A stretch of 64,000 nt of DNA from a virus (taxonomy: Duplodnaviria > Heunggongvirae > Uroviricota > Caudoviricetes): IMG/VR virus record IMGVR_UViG_2939521961_000009; one strand, given 5' to 3'. Below, one piece after another: positions 36,204 through 48,208 of this stretch. Both the position numbers and the translations under genes were made by a program. The notes below the pieces were generated by a model, which ran no database searches, was not told the DNA's origin, and worked only from the letters and a program-made list of their open reading frames with translations. Position 1 is the first letter of the stretch. Every line of letters begins with the position of its first letter.

Positions 36204-38293
36204 CCTCCGGAAGTCAGCCAGGGGTTAACATCGTCAGTTACTGTTTTCTTCCGTTTTTGTTTTTTAACAGGCGTGGATACCGGTTCCGGTGAGGATGACG
36301 GTTCGGTACTGTCCTGGACACACTCCAGCCAGGTCTCCCGGCTCGCCCACTCCGGTGCATCCGGCCAGCGGATCTTTTCGTATCCATGCAGAATGACCAG
36401 AGCCTCGGCATACACCATCAGGTCAAAAGCTTCGTTGGCACCGCGACCCGGCTTACTCCATTTCCCGTCACTGCTCCGCTCTTCATACGTCAGTTCGTCG
36501 TAAAACCAGCTCCCCAGCCAGTCAGGGAAATGCACATAGCCTGGACCTGGCGAGTCACGCCATAACGCGTTATTCACCCGGTCTTTCAGGGCATCCGTCT
36601 GAAGAAGCCAGAGCGGCACATCACCTGCGGCCTGCGCCCGGCGGCCCGTTCGTCCGGTGTTATCAGGGAATGTACGGCTGATCAGTTTTGCGCGCCGGAT
36701 GCTGTCACCCTTAAACAGGTAAATACGTTTACCAAGGCCATCACGACGGCAACGACGCCAGAATTTATAGGCATTATCAGTGACCCCGTCTTCACCGCCG
36801 GAGTCCACCGCCATTGCCATCAGTCGCATTTGTTGAGAAGGATCGGAGGCCAGCGGCCAGCTTTTATGAAAAACATCCGTCAGCAGGACATCCCAGTCTT
36901 CCGGATAGCTGGCCGGATCAATTCGCTGGCTCTCCCCGTCGCAGTCACTGCGCAATGACTGCGTGATGTTGTAACGATCAATAATCCAGCGTTCGCCACG
37001 ACTGCCATAGCCCGTTACCTGAACCACAAAACGGCGATGACGTCCCGCCTGCACATCCACTGTCGCCACAAGGAAATTAACGCCATCCGGCACACTGCGG
37101 GAAGGAACTGGCTCTGCCCGCTGCTCAAGCAGTTCACTTTTTCGTTGCTCCATGCTGGCACGAGGAAGATAAGGCAATCCCCAGTCGGTGTTGATAACCG
37201 CCCTGAGTGTTTCTTCGCTTCCTGTCGCTTCATACTCCTGTTCTGCAGTCAGTAATTTGTAAACCAGTTGCGCCCAGGTCTGATACGCAGCAGCTGGCCC
37301 TTCCATCCAGAAACTGGCGATACGGGAGCGGCGCGGTTCACCGGAAACGTTGCCGTTACGATCAATGACCTGACCTTCACGCAACCAGACTCCTGCACTA
37401 TTGAGCTCACGCTTTTTCTCCGCAGTGATAATGCCGCTGCAGTGCGGGCAAAGTAGATACGCCGCCTCACTGGCTTTAAAGGGATCCGGTTCATTACGGT
37501 AGCCGGTCATGGCATCCATGGCTGGCTGAAAATATTCACCGCAGTGCGGACATGACCAGTACCAGCGGCGGCGGTCACCACGATTGTAAAGGGAAAGAAT
37601 ACCAGTCGTCGGTGGCGCTTCATGAGGCGACTTACGTCGCCATTTGCTGTCGCAGATGTCACGTCCCGGCGAGCTCTCCACCAGAGTCATCCCAGCGGAC
37701 ATAAATGTGGTGGTACGTTTTGAGGCCAGGGAGAAACCATCACCCTCGCTGTCGATATTCTCCGGAAAACGGTCGTAATCGGTTAAGGCGACAAACCGGT
37801 AATCCGACGACGACATAATGTTGACCGAGGGCCAACCAATTTTAAGGAACGAGCCATCCCTGAACGTCTTATCATGGACATTATTGTCGTTACGACGTGG
37901 ACTCATTCTTTTCTTTACCGCCGCACTGCTTCTGAACGTTCTGTCGAGGCGCTTTTTAGAATGCTCGCGGGCCTTATCTTCGGTCATCTGCACAACGAGC
38001 ATGTCCGAAGGATCGCAAACGATGGTATAGACAATCCATCCATCGATCAGACCAATGGTCTTCCCTGTTCGCGCAGGACCAACAAAAATCACCGCATCGT
38101 ATTCACGCGATGCCAGGCAGTTCATGGGCTCAATGATGTAGGGTGTCAGTTCAGGATCCCATGGCACCGAGTTACCAGCCCCCTTGGGAACACGCATGAA
38201 TTTTTTAACAGCCTCCGAAATCGGCATGCGACGTGGTGGGGAAAATCCTGCCGATATGTCCCTTCCCAAATTTCGGGCTGATGAAAAACCCAT
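36194..38293 (-). CDS. Terminase large subunit (lambda gpA-like)
   Basis: 699 aa; Walker A GPARTGKT. Confidence 0.9.
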   Translation of the reverse strand: MGFSSARNLGRDISAGFSPPRRMPISEAVKKFMRVPKGAGNSVPWDPELTPYIIEPMNCLASREYDAVIFVGPARTGKTIGLIDGWIVYTIVCDPSDMLVVQMTEDKAREHSKKRLDRTFRSSAAVKKRMSPRRNDNNVHDKTFRDGSFLKIGWPSVNIMSSSDYRFVALTDYDRFPENIDSEGDGFSLASKRTTTFMSAGMTLVESSPGRDICDSKWRRKSPHEAPPTTGILSLYNRGDRRRWYWSCPHCGEYFQPAMDAMTGYRNEPDPFKASEAAYLLCPHCSGIITAEKKRELNSAGVWLREGQVIDRNGNVSGEPRRSRIASFWMEGPAAAYQTWAQLVYKLLTAEQEYEATGSEETLRAVINTDWGLPYLPRASMEQRKSELLEQRAEPVPSRSVPDGVNFLVATVDVQAGRHRRFVVQVTGYGSRGERWIIDRYNITQSLRSDCDGESQRIDPASYPEDWDVLLTDVFHKSWPLASDPSQQMRLMAMAVDSGGEDGVTDNAYKFWRRCRRDGLGKRIYLFKGDSIRRAKLISRTFPDNTGRTGRRAQAAGDVPLWLLQTDALKDRVNNALWRDSPGPGYVHFPDWLGSWFYDELTYEERSSDGKWSKPGRGANEAFDLMVYAEALVILHGYEKIRWPDAPEWASRETWLECVQDSTEPSSSPEPVSTPVKKQKRKKTVTDDVNPWLTSGGWL

Positions 38294-38301
38294 TATTCCT
38301 C

Positions 38302-38859
38302 CTAGAGACTCTCTCCTTCCTCATCAGGAATTAATTCAGCAGCACAAGCCTCGTAGGATTTTTCCTGAAGAGTGTATCGCAGGTCATCAATGGCCTGCTG
38401 TACAACGCCGACGGCCTGAGGAGTCAGGGCGCAATCGCGTTCAAGAACATCCGGAATTGTCTCCAGAACCTGGACGACAGCCTTTCTCATGGACGAATAG
38501 ACGATGACTACTTCATCAACGGGGATGAGTTTTCGCTGCTCCTTTTCCAGCTTGATCCTTTCATTTTCAGATTGGTACCAGTCCTTTCTCTCTTTCGGCT
38601 CCATACGGGATGGATCATGAACAGAGTCTGCTGCCTCATGCTTCACACTAAACAGGGCTGGCCCGACATGCTGCAGGGCGTAAACGGGGTTCCCCCTGAC
38701 AGTCGCAGCCACAGGAGTGTTAGCCGCGAGGAGCCGTTTTTTTACTGTGTCCCGGTGAAGCCCAAAGGCCTCAGCGATTTTAAAAACACTCCAGTAATAA
38801 GCATCACCGATCCCGCTCACATTTGACATAAGCAACTCCATCTGGCAGGTGAAAATCAT
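38302..38859 (-). CDS. Terminase small subunit (Nu1/NohA-like)
   Basis: 185 aa, N-terminal HTH, upstream of gpA. Confidence 0.8.
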   Translation of the reverse strand: MIFTCQMELLMSNVSGIGDAYYWSVFKIAEAFGLHRDTVKKRLLAANTPVAATVRGNPVYALQHVGPALFSVKHEAADSVHDPSRMEPKERKDWYQSENERIKLEKEQRKLIPVDEVVIVYSSMRKAVVQVLETIPDVLERDCALTPQAVGVVQQAIDDLRYTLQEKSYEACAAELIPDEEGESL

Positions 38860-39008
38860 GTTTATTTATATATTTCAATTAATTGCAAACTGGTCTAATG
38901 ACAGGGAGAAAGAAATATTGTACAGGTGAAAAGAGAAATAACTTTTAATTATCAATAAATTACCAAACATGCTGCCGCCGCCATGGAAATGCAAAAACTA
39001 GCCTTTTT

Positions 39009-39026
39009 CCGCGACGCTCCCGCCCC
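39009..39026. other. Putative cosN-like cohesive-end site
   Basis: Minus strand reads GGGGCGGGAGCGTCGCGG ~150 bp upstream of Nu1, resembling lambda GGGCGGCGACCTCGCGGG. Confidence 0.4.
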
Positions 39027-39050
39027 GTGGCAGGGGCCCCCACCGGGAGG

Positions 39051-39075
39051 ACCCGACAGCCTGACAGCCTGACAG
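39051..39075. repeat. Triple direct repeat GACAGCC adjacent to putative cos
   Basis: gacagcctgacagcctgacagcc. Confidence 0.7.
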
Positions 39076-39213
39076 CCGTGATGAGCATCTGATACAGCGC
39101 TTTACATAATGGCATAGGAATAATTCAGAAGGACATCACAGCATGCCCACACAAATTAGTGTGAGTGTCCTGTTTCTTCCTACGCACAGGACTGACGAGC
39201 ATGAGGGGAAAAT

Positions 39214-39384
39214 ATGCGAACCATAAATGCCTCATCTTCAGCAATGCAACCGGCATCCGAACAGGACGATATTGTAAATTCACCTAATTACGAGGACATT
39301 GCAGTAGTTGAATTGCAGCTCTGTATTAGCCTGACAGTGACAGAATGCGATATTGACTCTGTCACAGGTGAAATAGTTTGAATG
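39214..39384 (+). CDS. Hypothetical small protein (56 aa)
   Basis: ATG preceded by GAGGGG; below ORF-track size cutoff. Confidence 0.3.
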
Positions 39385-39401
39385 ATTAGCAGTTATGGTG
39401 C

Positions 39402-39608
39402 TCAGTCAACCACCAGGGAATAATCCTTCGAATTCTTATCGTGCTTCACCAACGCTGCCTCAATTGCCCTGAATGCTTCCAGAGACACCTGATGTTCTAT
39501 ACATGCAATTACAACATCCGGGTAACTCATAGAAATGGTGCTATTAAGCATATTTTTTACACGAATCAGATCCAACGAGACTTCATCAGCAGATTGTTCT
39601 TTATTCAT
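39402..39608 (-). CDS. YbcW-like small protein
   Basis: 68 aa [39 protein letters not shown]... Confidence 0.6.
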   Translation of the reverse strand: MNKEQSADEVSLDLIRVKNMLNSTISMSYPDVVIACIEHQVSLEAFRAIEAALVKHDKNSKDYSLVVD

Positions 39609-39908
39609 TTTGTCGCTCCATGCGTTTGCTCGTCATCTAGCGGTTAAAATATTACTTCAAATCTTACTGCATAAAAGAGGAAAAGTATGAAAGTTTGAGT
39701 ACATCGACCTTACATACATCTGTCGGTTGCATATCCCTCCTGGATGCCAGCAAGGCTCAATTTTGTTACGCAATCAACACTATTCATTAAAAACAGGCTT
39801 AATATTTGACATAAATCATCAACAAAACACAAAGAGGTCAGACCAGATTGAAACAATAAACACGATAATGCTAACTACGCGCCATCGTATCACATGGAAG
39901 GTTTACCA

Positions 39909-40319
39909 ATGGCTCAGGCTGCCATTTTTAAAGAAATATTCGATCAAGTGCGTAAAGATTTAAACTGTGAATTATTTTATTCTGAGCTAAAACGTCACAA
40001 TGTCTCACTTTATATTTACTATTTAGCCACAGATAATATTCACATTGTGTTAGAAAACGACAACATAGTGTTAGTAAAAGGACTCAAAAAGGTTGTAAAT
40101 GTTAAATTCTCCAGAAACAAACATCTTATAGAGACCTCCTATAATAAGTTGAAATCAAAAGAAATCACATTTCAACAATACAGGGAAAATCTTGCTAAAG
40201 CAGGAGTTTTCCGATGGGTTACAAATATCCAGGAACACCAAAGATATTACTATGCCTTTGATAACTCATTACTATTTACTGAAAGCATCCAGAAAACTAC
40301 ACAGATCTTACCACGCTAA
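39909..40319 (+). CDS. DUF1398-family protein (YdfO/YbcV-like)
   Basis: 136 aa from [11 protein letters not shown]...; ORF track start at 39894. Confidence 0.65.
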   Translation: MAQAAIFKEIFDQVRKDLNCELFYSELKRHNVSLYIYYLATDNIHIVLENDNIVLVKGLKKVVNVKFSRNKHLIETSYNKLKSKEITFQQYRENLAKAGVFRWVTNIQEHQRYYYAFDNSLLFTESIQKTTQILPR

Positions 40320-40470
40320 ACCATAACGTCCGGCTTCTCTCACTCCTGAGCCGGACTGCATTGGTTTAATAAAAACCATCAACAATTGTGATTTAGATAT
40401 TCGGAACCATTCAAATATAACAAAACCCCGAAAAAACGAGGTTTATGGATAAATTTTATTATTGAATACA

Positions 40471-40644
40471 TCAGATTAAATTAATCTTGACATCATAGCT
40501 TTCAAGACCCGTCATTTTTTCCCGTGCGGTAAACTGAATACTGGTAACTTCTTTCCCGGTCTTTTTCTTAAGTTCAATAATTTTTTTTGTTATATATTCA
40601 GAAATATCTGCTTCTGCTTTTGTTTTTAAGTTTTCAATATTCAT
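40471..40644 (-). CDS. gnsB: GnsB-like small protein (57 aa)
   Basis: Manual translation MNIENLKTKAEADISEYITKKIIELKKKTGKEVTSIQFTAREKMTGLESYDVKINLI; below ORF-track cutoff. Confidence 0.65.
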   Translation of the reverse strand: MNIENLKTKAEADISEYITKKIIELKKKTGKEVTSIQFTAREKMTGLESYDVKINLI

Positions 40645-40815
40645 CATTTCCTCTTTTAGTCTGTTATGACTTTCCAGTTACACAGTAAGTCGATTATATG
40701 GTGCAAACGTGTAAAAGATAAGATGAAACATCGCAATAATCAACATACGATAGTCTAAATTTTACACAAACAGACAAAGAGAATTTTCCTGAATTATCAA
40801 TACAATAGCATCAAA

Positions 40816-41046
40816 TCAACTCAAGAGCCTTATTGCTGCTTCCAGAATTTCTTCTGAAGTAACATGTCGATCCGCGGCTACATAAATGACTTTATGATCT
40901 CCGGTCAGAGATGGAAACCCTGCGGCCATTACAGTAAGGTGTGTTTTTTCGCCATTTGGATATTCACGCATGATGGTGTTAACTCCAGTCATCGCTGGCA
41001 CTACCACTGCTGGTTCAGAGTTAAAAAAAACTATGATTTTTTTCAT
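40816..41046 (-). CDS. Hypothetical small protein (start at MKKIIVFF)
   Basis: ORF track 40816..41088. Confidence 0.4.
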   Translation of the reverse strand: MKKIIVFFNSEPAVVVPAMTGVNTIMREYPNGEKTHLTVMAAGFPSLTGDHKVIYVAADRHVTSEEILEAAIRLLS

Positions 41047-41090
41047 GATGTTACCGTAGTATGTGAGTATCCATCGAATAGATACCAAGC

Positions 41091-41113
41091 AAAAAAGCTC
41101 CCGAAGGAGCCTT
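41091..41113 (-). terminator. Rho-independent terminator candidate
   Basis: Minus strand AAGGCTCCTTCGGGAGCTTTTTTG hairpin plus T-run. Confidence 0.5.
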
Positions 41114-41317
41114 CATTTTCACTTTTTTAAATCCAACGACAGACGGCTGGCATTTAAGTATTGTGAAATATTATCAAATGTAATCATCATTGATTTACAA
41201 AAGATACATTTTGCCCCGAAAGGATTCATGTCAGAAACATCAAAAGATGATGTTCTATACTGGGAACCATGACAACACGGGCATCTAAAGTGAATATGGT
41301 TTGTAATATTGTCTACC

Positions 41318-41530
41318 TCAAAGCGCCACTACATGAACAGCGGCAGGACCTTTAGGTCCGTTCTCAATACCAAATTCAACTTCCTGATTCTCAGTTAATG
41401 TTTTGAAATCGTTGCTCTGAATTGCTGAGAAATGGACAAACACATCTTTGCTGCCATCTTTCGGCGTGATGAAACCAAAACCTTTTTCAGGGTTAAACCA
41501 TTTCACTAAACCAGTCATTTTGTTAGACAT
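41318..41530 (-). CDS. cspI: Cold-shock protein CspI-like
   Basis: 70 aa [42 protein letters not shown]... Confidence 0.9.
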   Translation of the reverse strand: MSNKMTGLVKWFNPEKGFGFITPKDGSKDVFVHFSAIQSNDFKTLTENQEVEFGIENGPKGPAAVHVVAL

Positions 41531-41892
41531 AATTATTACCTTTTGAAGAAATTAGCCCTTGGGCAGAATGGTCCGAAAAAAAATATCAGAGAGAAAAACC
41601 AACAAGGAAATCTCAAGAGGTACAAATAATAAAATTATAACAATGACTGCTTCAGATAAATTTGTAACAAACCAGAACACCATTAACGCATGATTAACCA
41701 CCCATAGCAAGGATTACTTTTGTAAAGAAAAACACAGCAATGAAAGAATAGCTTTATTTATTAATAAAACGTGTCATTCTGATTAAGACCTTTTATCTTA
41801 CCCTTAAGATTTCAGGAATTTTGGCTCATGGAAGAGTCCTTTTTATTTAAATTTTACATTCCGCGATGTAAATGTTCCGATTTAATATTACC

Positions 41893-42916
<1,024 letters not shown>

Positions 42917-42920
<4 letters not shown>

Positions 42921-43228
42921 ATATATTTATGATGAGGACGCTCGTGCTTATTGGCAGGATTTTCAATCTTAAAGGAGTACTGATGCTGCAGATAAGACTC
43001 AACTTTTTCTGACAATTTTTCTGCTACTTCCAGGAAGACTTGCCGGACGCTCCTTCTGGCTGCTGCCTCATAAAACTCCAGCGCAGCTCCTTCAACACGG
43101 TCCATGGCGACATCCAGGTCAAAAATTTCACCGTCAAAGCGTTCCTTGTCCTGTAAGGCTACAGTTACCGTAACTTTATTCTCAAAATTACGGACTCCTT
43201 TCACAACCAGTTCATAGTCTTGAGTCAT
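42917..43228 (-). CDS. YdfR-like protein
   Basis: 103 aa between holin and lysozyme. Confidence 0.55.
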
Positions 43229-43232
43229 TGGA

Positions 43233-43448
43233 TTACTCTCCTCTCGCAGCCTTACGCCTGTCTTCTTTAATCTTGAAATAAAGATTTGTCAGATACGTCA
43301 GCAGGCCAAAAACCAGGCTACCCAGCACACCGATTGCAGCCCACTGTGACGGAGTTACTTTATCGAGTAACTGTAATGCCCAGAAACCAGCATTACCCGC
43401 CGATGTGCCATAGGCAACACCTGTTGTTAACTTATCCATTGATTTCAT
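43233..43448 (-). CDS. Holin (EssQ/EssD-like class II)
   Basis: 71 aa from [14 protein letters not shown]... with two TM segments; ORF track start 43526 likely too long. Confidence 0.75.
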   Translation of the reverse strand: MKSMDKLTTGVAYGTSAGNAGFWALQLLDKVTPSQWAAIGVLGSLVFGLLTYLTNLYFKIKEDRRKAARGE

Positions 43449-43667
43449 ATCCTCACCCCGATGTACACGGATGGTGCAATATGTTTGAAAAAGATCGGAG
43501 TCTACGGGGTAGTTTTGACAGCACACGTTGTTCTCAACGGCGCTAAAGAAACATACACATTAAAAATGTGAGTAATTATTTTGAAAGAAAGTCATATATA
43601 AAATAATAATACGAGAAATGTTTTCATATTTAGTGTACTGTATACGGCCATTATACAGGAAAAGCCT

Positions 43668-43838
43668 ATGTCAGAACGTAAAGACTCAAAATCACGCCGT
43701 AATTATCTCGTTAAATGTTCCTGCCCAAACTGCACCCAAGAGTCAGAACACAGTTTTTCAAGAGTACAAAAAGGTGCCCTTTTGATCTGCCCTCATTGCA
43801 ACAAAGTATTCCAGACAAATCTTAAAGCTGTAGCCTGA
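43668..43838 (+). CDS. Hypothetical small zinc-ribbon-like protein (56 aa)
   Basis: CSCPNC...CPHC pairs of Cys; below ORF-track cutoff. Confidence 0.4.
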   Translation: MSERKDSKSRRNYLVKCSCPNCTQESEHSFSRVQKGALLICPHCNKVFQTNLKAVA

Positions 43839-43895
43839 TTGATTTTATTAGTAACAAGTATTTTTTATATTTTAATAATATATTTAAAGCAGATA

Positions 43896-43920
43896 ATAAA
43901 AAACCCGCCTGAGCGGGTTT
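43896..43920 (-). terminator. Rho-independent terminator candidate (possibly bidirectional)
   Basis: CCCGC-CTGA-GCGGG hairpin flanked by A-run/T-run. Confidence 0.45.
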
Positions 43921-44201
43921 GAGATTGTGGTGCTTTTTGTGGGAGTCATCCACTTACGCACTTTGTTTTGCGATGCCAGCAGTTAGCTTCTGCTGTGAAA
44001 CTATTCATGCAGCAAACCTGCACTTCACCACAATGGTTAGCATACTTTTCCTGATTAAGATTTTGCCAAATATGCTAGCCATTGTTTCATGTATTGGACC
44101 TCCTTACTTTTTATTAAAGAGATCCAATATTCACTACTCTGTCCGTATCTCTACTCAGGCATCAGCCTTCTTCGTTATCGTATACAGACGAGCGATGAAT
44201 T

Positions 44202-44417
44202 TTAATCAGTAATGATGACATTTGCTGCTGCAGGACCTTTAGCACCTCTCTCTATAGAGAAGGTAACCTTTTGACCTTCAAATAAGGTTCGATAATTATC
44301 ATTCTGAATCGCAGAAAAATGCACAAACACATCTTTACTACCATCAACAGGAGAAATAAAGCCGAAACCTTTATCAGCGTTAAACCATTTTACTAAACCA
44401 GTCATTTTATTTGACAT
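44202..44417 (-). CDS. cspB: Cold-shock protein CspB-like
   Basis: 71 aa [51 protein letters not shown]... Confidence 0.9.
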   Translation of the reverse strand: MSNKMTGLVKWFNADKGFGFISPVDGSKDVFVHFSAIQNDNYRTLFEGQKVTFSIERGAKGPAAANVIITD

Positions 44418-44717
44418 TCTACATTCCTTAACTTGAGCCTTTCGGCATAAATGGTTTGCATAACAGAAACGACTTCGTACTTAATTGGAGAGACTCAAAG
44501 AAGGAATAAGTGAATAACACCTGAAATGAGAACTGCTTTAGTAAACTACTTCGTATATCGTCTGTTCTTCAAACCGACGCAATCATTAACGCATAGTTGA
44601 ACATATGAAGCAATGTTTATTTTAGACATCCAGCCATCTTCAACCCCATCAAAAAACTATAGCTTTCTTCAGGAACGTGTGTATAGTGCGCCAAGTTATC
44701 AGTATTAAGGAATTTTT

Positions 44718-44930
44718 TTGTCCCGTAAAATGACAGGAATTGTCAAAACCTTTGACGGCAAAAGCGGCAAGGGTCTTATCACCCCATCCGATGGTCGTAT
44801 CGATGTCCAGCTTCATGTTTCAGCGCTCAATCTCCGCGATGCAGAAGAAATTACCACCGGATTACGCGTGGAATTTTGCCGGATAAATGGTCTGCGTGGC
44901 CCTTCAGCTGCCAATGTTTACCTTTCATGA
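44718..44930 (+). CDS. cspF: Cold-shock-like protein CspF/CspH-like
   Basis: 70 aa [27 protein letters not shown]... Confidence 0.85.
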
Positions 44931-45222
44931 GCTATATTAAAGCTTTAATTTCAGGCCCCATCGGATCACACATGGAGAGTTTTTATGAATAACCCCGTCT
45001 GTCTTGATGACTGGTTGATTGGCTTTAAAAGCTTATGCTGTACTTTGGCCGTAATAGCTCTGCTAATAATATAATAAGCAGACTCATTGTGTTTAGGGAC
45101 ATTGTACTGGAAGAAAACATTTTAAACATCAGGCAAATAACCAAGTCACCAGCTAAATAATAAGTTAACAGACATGAGTCCCGGGATGAGATTCAACATT
45201 ACCATTGCCCCATTTAAAGCAC

Positions 45223-45255
45223 AAAACCCGCTCATCAGCGGGTTTTCTACTTTTT
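45223..45255. terminator. Intrinsic terminator hairpin (candidate tR'-type, bidirectional)
   Basis: AAAACCCGC-TCATCA-GCGGGTTTT followed by T-rich run; downstream of Q. Confidence 0.4.
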
Positions 45256-45351
45256 CTTAACGTCGGGTATACAAAGCCCATCGTTGAAAAAATTTTATCC
45301 ATATTTTTTGAAAAATGCAAACATCATGTCGCCATCTTCAGCAAAAATCAT

Positions 45352-46104
45352 TTATCTCGTCACCTTCCTCAATTGCGCTTCCGCGTATGCTTCTTCCTGC
45401 CAGCACTTTGTTACCAGTTTACCAATGACGTCCGCATACCCCTTATACCACTGATAATCGGTCAGGTCTGGTACCAGCTTCTGGACATGACGTCGTGCCA
45501 GCGTGGTCGGTAAACGACTAAACCGGTTTCCATTACAACGCCCACAAATCTTATATACCGGTACGCCATGAAACCGGGTTCTTTTTTCATCCAGAACAAT
45601 CCCTTTACCCTTACACCCTCTGCACGCTGTGCTGACTTCACCCTTACCATGGCAATGCTGACATAGTTCCTTCACCCATTCTTCCTTGATTACAGATTCC
45701 CCGCGTCGGTAGTGTTTCACCACTTCGCGCAATACATTATAAAATCCCGTACCTGAACAATGCTCACAGCGAGCCTTACTTGCCGCAGACCTGGAGTAAT
45801 CAGCAAAGGCAAAATTCACGAGGTAAGGAATAATCTGTAACCGGATTTCTTCACTCAATTTGTTCAATGTCGGGTTATCCAGTGCCATCGCGTAATTTAG
45901 CAGGCCTTCAATCGCAAACTGAGGGTCCTGAACACCAACTTTTGCCAGAAATAAGGCCAACCCAAGTGGTGCTTTCGACTGCACCATCCCCTGCGCTGCC
46001 ATTACATCCGTAATTGTTAAACAACCGGTGCCTGTCGCTGGAGCGTCATCGCTCAATTTTGGAGATTTTGGGGAGTAATATTTTGGTAAGGCTTCAAGGT
46101 TCAT
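45352..46104 (-). CDS. Late antiterminator Q (QuuQ-like)
   Basis: 250 aa from MNLEALPKYYSPKSPKL...; several CxxC pairs. Confidence 0.85.
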   Translation of the reverse strand: MNLEALPKYYSPKSPKLSDDAPATGTGCLTITDVMAAQGMVQSKAPLGLALFLAKVGVQDPQFAIEGLLNYAMALDNPTLNKLSEEIRLQIIPYLVNFAFADYSRSAASKARCEHCSGTGFYNVLREVVKHYRRGESVIKEEWVKELCQHCHGKGEVSTACRGCKGKGIVLDEKRTRFHGVPVYKICGRCNGNRFSRLPTTLARRHVQKLVPDLTDYQWYKGYADVIGKLVTKCWQEEAYAEAQLRKVTR

Positions 46105-46117
46105 GCTCGTTCTCCAC

Positions 46118-47206
46118 TTACGCCAGTACGCCAATTGCCAGCGCGCGATCGATAAAACGAAATATCAGCTCCAGTTGGGAGCCATACTTATCTTCAAATG
46201 CCACTGTATCCGTATGCAGCTCGTTGTGATGCTTTCTGCACAAAGGCAACACAAAGAGATCATGTGCTTTTGTTCCCATTCCGCCCTGCCCGTGACCAAT
46301 CAGATGATGCGGATCGTCGGCTGGCATACCGCAGCAAGCACACGGCTGTGTCTTAACCCAACGTGTGTATTTCTCCTTAACCCAGCGGCGACGTTTAGGC
46401 AGCTTCATGAAAGATTCCGGAGACTCTGGATCAACGGTGATGCTTACCACCGTCTTTTCCTGTGGTGATTTTTGTTGCTGGTGGGCGTAAGGCAACGGTG
46501 CAAGATTTTTTGTGCGTTGTTTCAATATGCTGGTGGCGGTCTGCTCTCCCGGTACGATGTCGCTTTCGCGGTACACCGAGCAGATTTTTTCCGCTGGTAA
46601 TCCCAGCGAACGACGCGATACAGCCTCAGGTAGTGCATCCACCACCTGATTGCAGACCGCCCACCAGGATAATTCAGCCAAAGATAATTCCCGCTCCTGC
46701 GTACCGCTTATTGCGTGACGGATGACGTCAATCACCCATGCTGTCAGATTTTGTTGAGCAAGCAGCTCCAGTGATTCCGATGTCTGGTCACGCAGTTGGT
46801 TGTCGCAGTGCCAGCACAACACCATTGCGCCGGTACCATAACGGTGAATGACTGTTTCAGTGTGATGGTAATCGCCATTAGGCCACTGGCAGGATGTAAC
46901 ATGACGTAATAGCCAGTCGGACAATGCGCCAACGCCGCCAGCAGCACGAATCACCCGTTCGTTACTAAAAAACGGCAGCAATGTTTTGTCTTCCGCCAGC
47001 GGCTGGCGAACGGCAGGAACGACTCCGGATGGCAGATTACGCATGCTTTTTGGTTCCGGTTCCACCAGCACTCGAGGATTATGAAATATCTGTATGGATT
47101 CACGGCCCGGCTTAAGGACCACCAGCCCAAGCTCAGGCACCAGAACAGGTCTAAGTAATACCCGCACGTTACCTCCAGATCCGTTGCTGGAAAGTGCGGG
47201 ACGCAC
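46118..47206 (-). CDS. YdfU-like protein (DUF968)
   Basis: 362 aa with C-terminal Cys/His-rich motif CACCGMPADDPHHLIGHGQGG. Confidence 0.65.
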   Translation of the reverse strand: MRPALSSNGSGGNVRVLLRPVLVPELGLVVLKPGRESIQIFHNPRVLVEPEPKSMRNLPSGVVPAVRQPLAEDKTLLPFFSNERVIRAAGGVGALSDWLLRHVTSCQWPNGDYHHTETVIHRYGTGAMVLCWHCDNQLRDQTSESLELLAQQNLTAWVIDVIRHAISGTQERELSLAELSWWAVCNQVVDALPEAVSRRSLGLPAEKICSVYRESDIVPGEQTATSILKQRTKNLAPLPYAHQQQKSPQEKTVVSITVDPESPESFMKLPKRRRWVKEKYTRWVKTQPCACCGMPADDPHHLIGHGQGGMGTKAHDLFVLPLCRKHHNELHTDTVAFEDKYGSQLELIFRFIDRALAIGVLA

Positions 47207-47447
47207 GTGGTGGGCGTTCGGAATAAGGCAGCCTGACAGAGATTATCCAGTGCCGATAGTCGAGACTGAGAGCTTTCTTAACCTCGAACCCGCGCCTGCG
47301 GTAAGAATGAATCAGCCATTCGGCCTGTTCTGCAGTGCATGGAGGGTGCTGGAACCATTCAGACTTGAATGCGTGAGAATACCGCCCGTGCGTGCAGGCA
47401 AGAACGGGCGAATTATCAGAATTGTAATATTTTGCGTTGCGTGCCAT
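47169..47447 (-). CDS. Hypothetical protein (overlaps start region of YdfU-like gene)
   Basis: 92 aa ORF only. Confidence 0.3.
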   Translation of the reverse strand: MARNAKYYNSDNSPVLACTHGRYSHAFKSEWFQHPPCTAEQAEWLIHSYRRRGFEVKKALSLDYRHWIISVRLPYSERPPRASRTFQQRIWR

Positions 47448-47513
47448 CGGTTTTCTCCGGTGGCACGGTGTTACTCAGCGGGAGTTCAGCCCCGCGCAAG
47501 ATTGTAGATGAGT

Positions 47514-47765
47514 TTATTCTCCTGAAAAAGCAGAAAAGCCAGCTTTTATTCCGATCTCTTTCAATGCCTGTAATGAAGTGACAAACTCACCTTCGCGCAA
47601 GATAAATCCGTCCGTGACCCGAGCATCCACAAAATTAATTAACGCAGCCCCATTCTTTCGCAAACACATAATGCGGTAATGACTAACAAGATTTCCATTT
47701 TCAACGCACACAGCATAGAGGCCATCTTCACAAAAAATTTTACGCAGTTCTTCGATGTTCATCAT
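47514..47765 (-). CDS. Rem-like protein
   Basis: 83 aa, position between Q-side genes and hokD as in Qin. Confidence 0.6.
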   Translation of the reverse strand: MMNIEELRKIFCEDGLYAVCVENGNLVSHYRIMCLRKNGAALINFVDARVTDGFILREGEFVTSLQALKEIGIKAGFSAFSGE

Positions 47766-47884
47766 CAGAATCCTTCCGGATAATTAGCTCTCCCCTTTAA
47801 GGGACCATCCCTCTTATCCCTGCGCGCTACTTAAGTATTTTTGATTCTATTCCGGCACCGTCCAGAACTTCAAACGCGTTGAAA

Positions 47885-47911
47885 ATAAAAACAAAAACCC
47901 GCCGAAGCGGG
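47885..47911 (-). terminator. Rho-independent terminator downstream of hokD
   Basis: CCCGC-CGAA-GCGGG hairpin followed on minus strand by T-run. Confidence 0.55.
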
Positions 47912-47981
47912 TTAAGTGCGGGTGCGTTGAGGATGCCTGCCACATCAGAGGTGGCGAGGGATTTCTCCCCCGCCGGGTCTC

Positions 47982-48137
47982 TTACTCCTCAGGTTCGTAA
48001 GCTGTGAAGACAGCGACCTCCGTCTGGCCGGTTCGGATTCGTACCTCGCAGAGGTCTTTCCTCGTTACCAGTGCCGTCACTATGACGGTTAAACAGATGA
48101 CGATCAGGGCGATTAACATCGCCTTTTGCTGCTTCAT
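47982..48137 (-). CDS. hokD: Hok-family membrane toxin (HokD/RelF-like)
   Basis: Manual translation MKQQKAMLIALIVICLTVIVTALVTRKDLCEVRIRTGQTEVAVFTAYEPEE; 51 aa below ORF-track cutoff. Confidence 0.85.
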   Translation of the reverse strand: MKQQKAMLIALIVICLTVIVTALVTRKDLCEVRIRTGQTEVAVFTAYEPEE

Positions 48138-48208
48138 AGCCTGCTTCTCCTGTCAACGCAAAGCAGAAGTGTCACCTTCGGTGCGAAACAGAGATGTCAT
48201 GCTTTGGT

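Noticed and set aside
39051-39075. Short direct repeats as a CRISPR array
   Set aside because: Only three 7-bp units with no spacers; no CRISPR-like repeat-spacer structure anywhere in the window.
45205-45513. 102-aa plus-strand ORF
   Set aside because: Overlaps the 3' end of the Q gene and the terminator hairpin; no ribosome-binding site seen.
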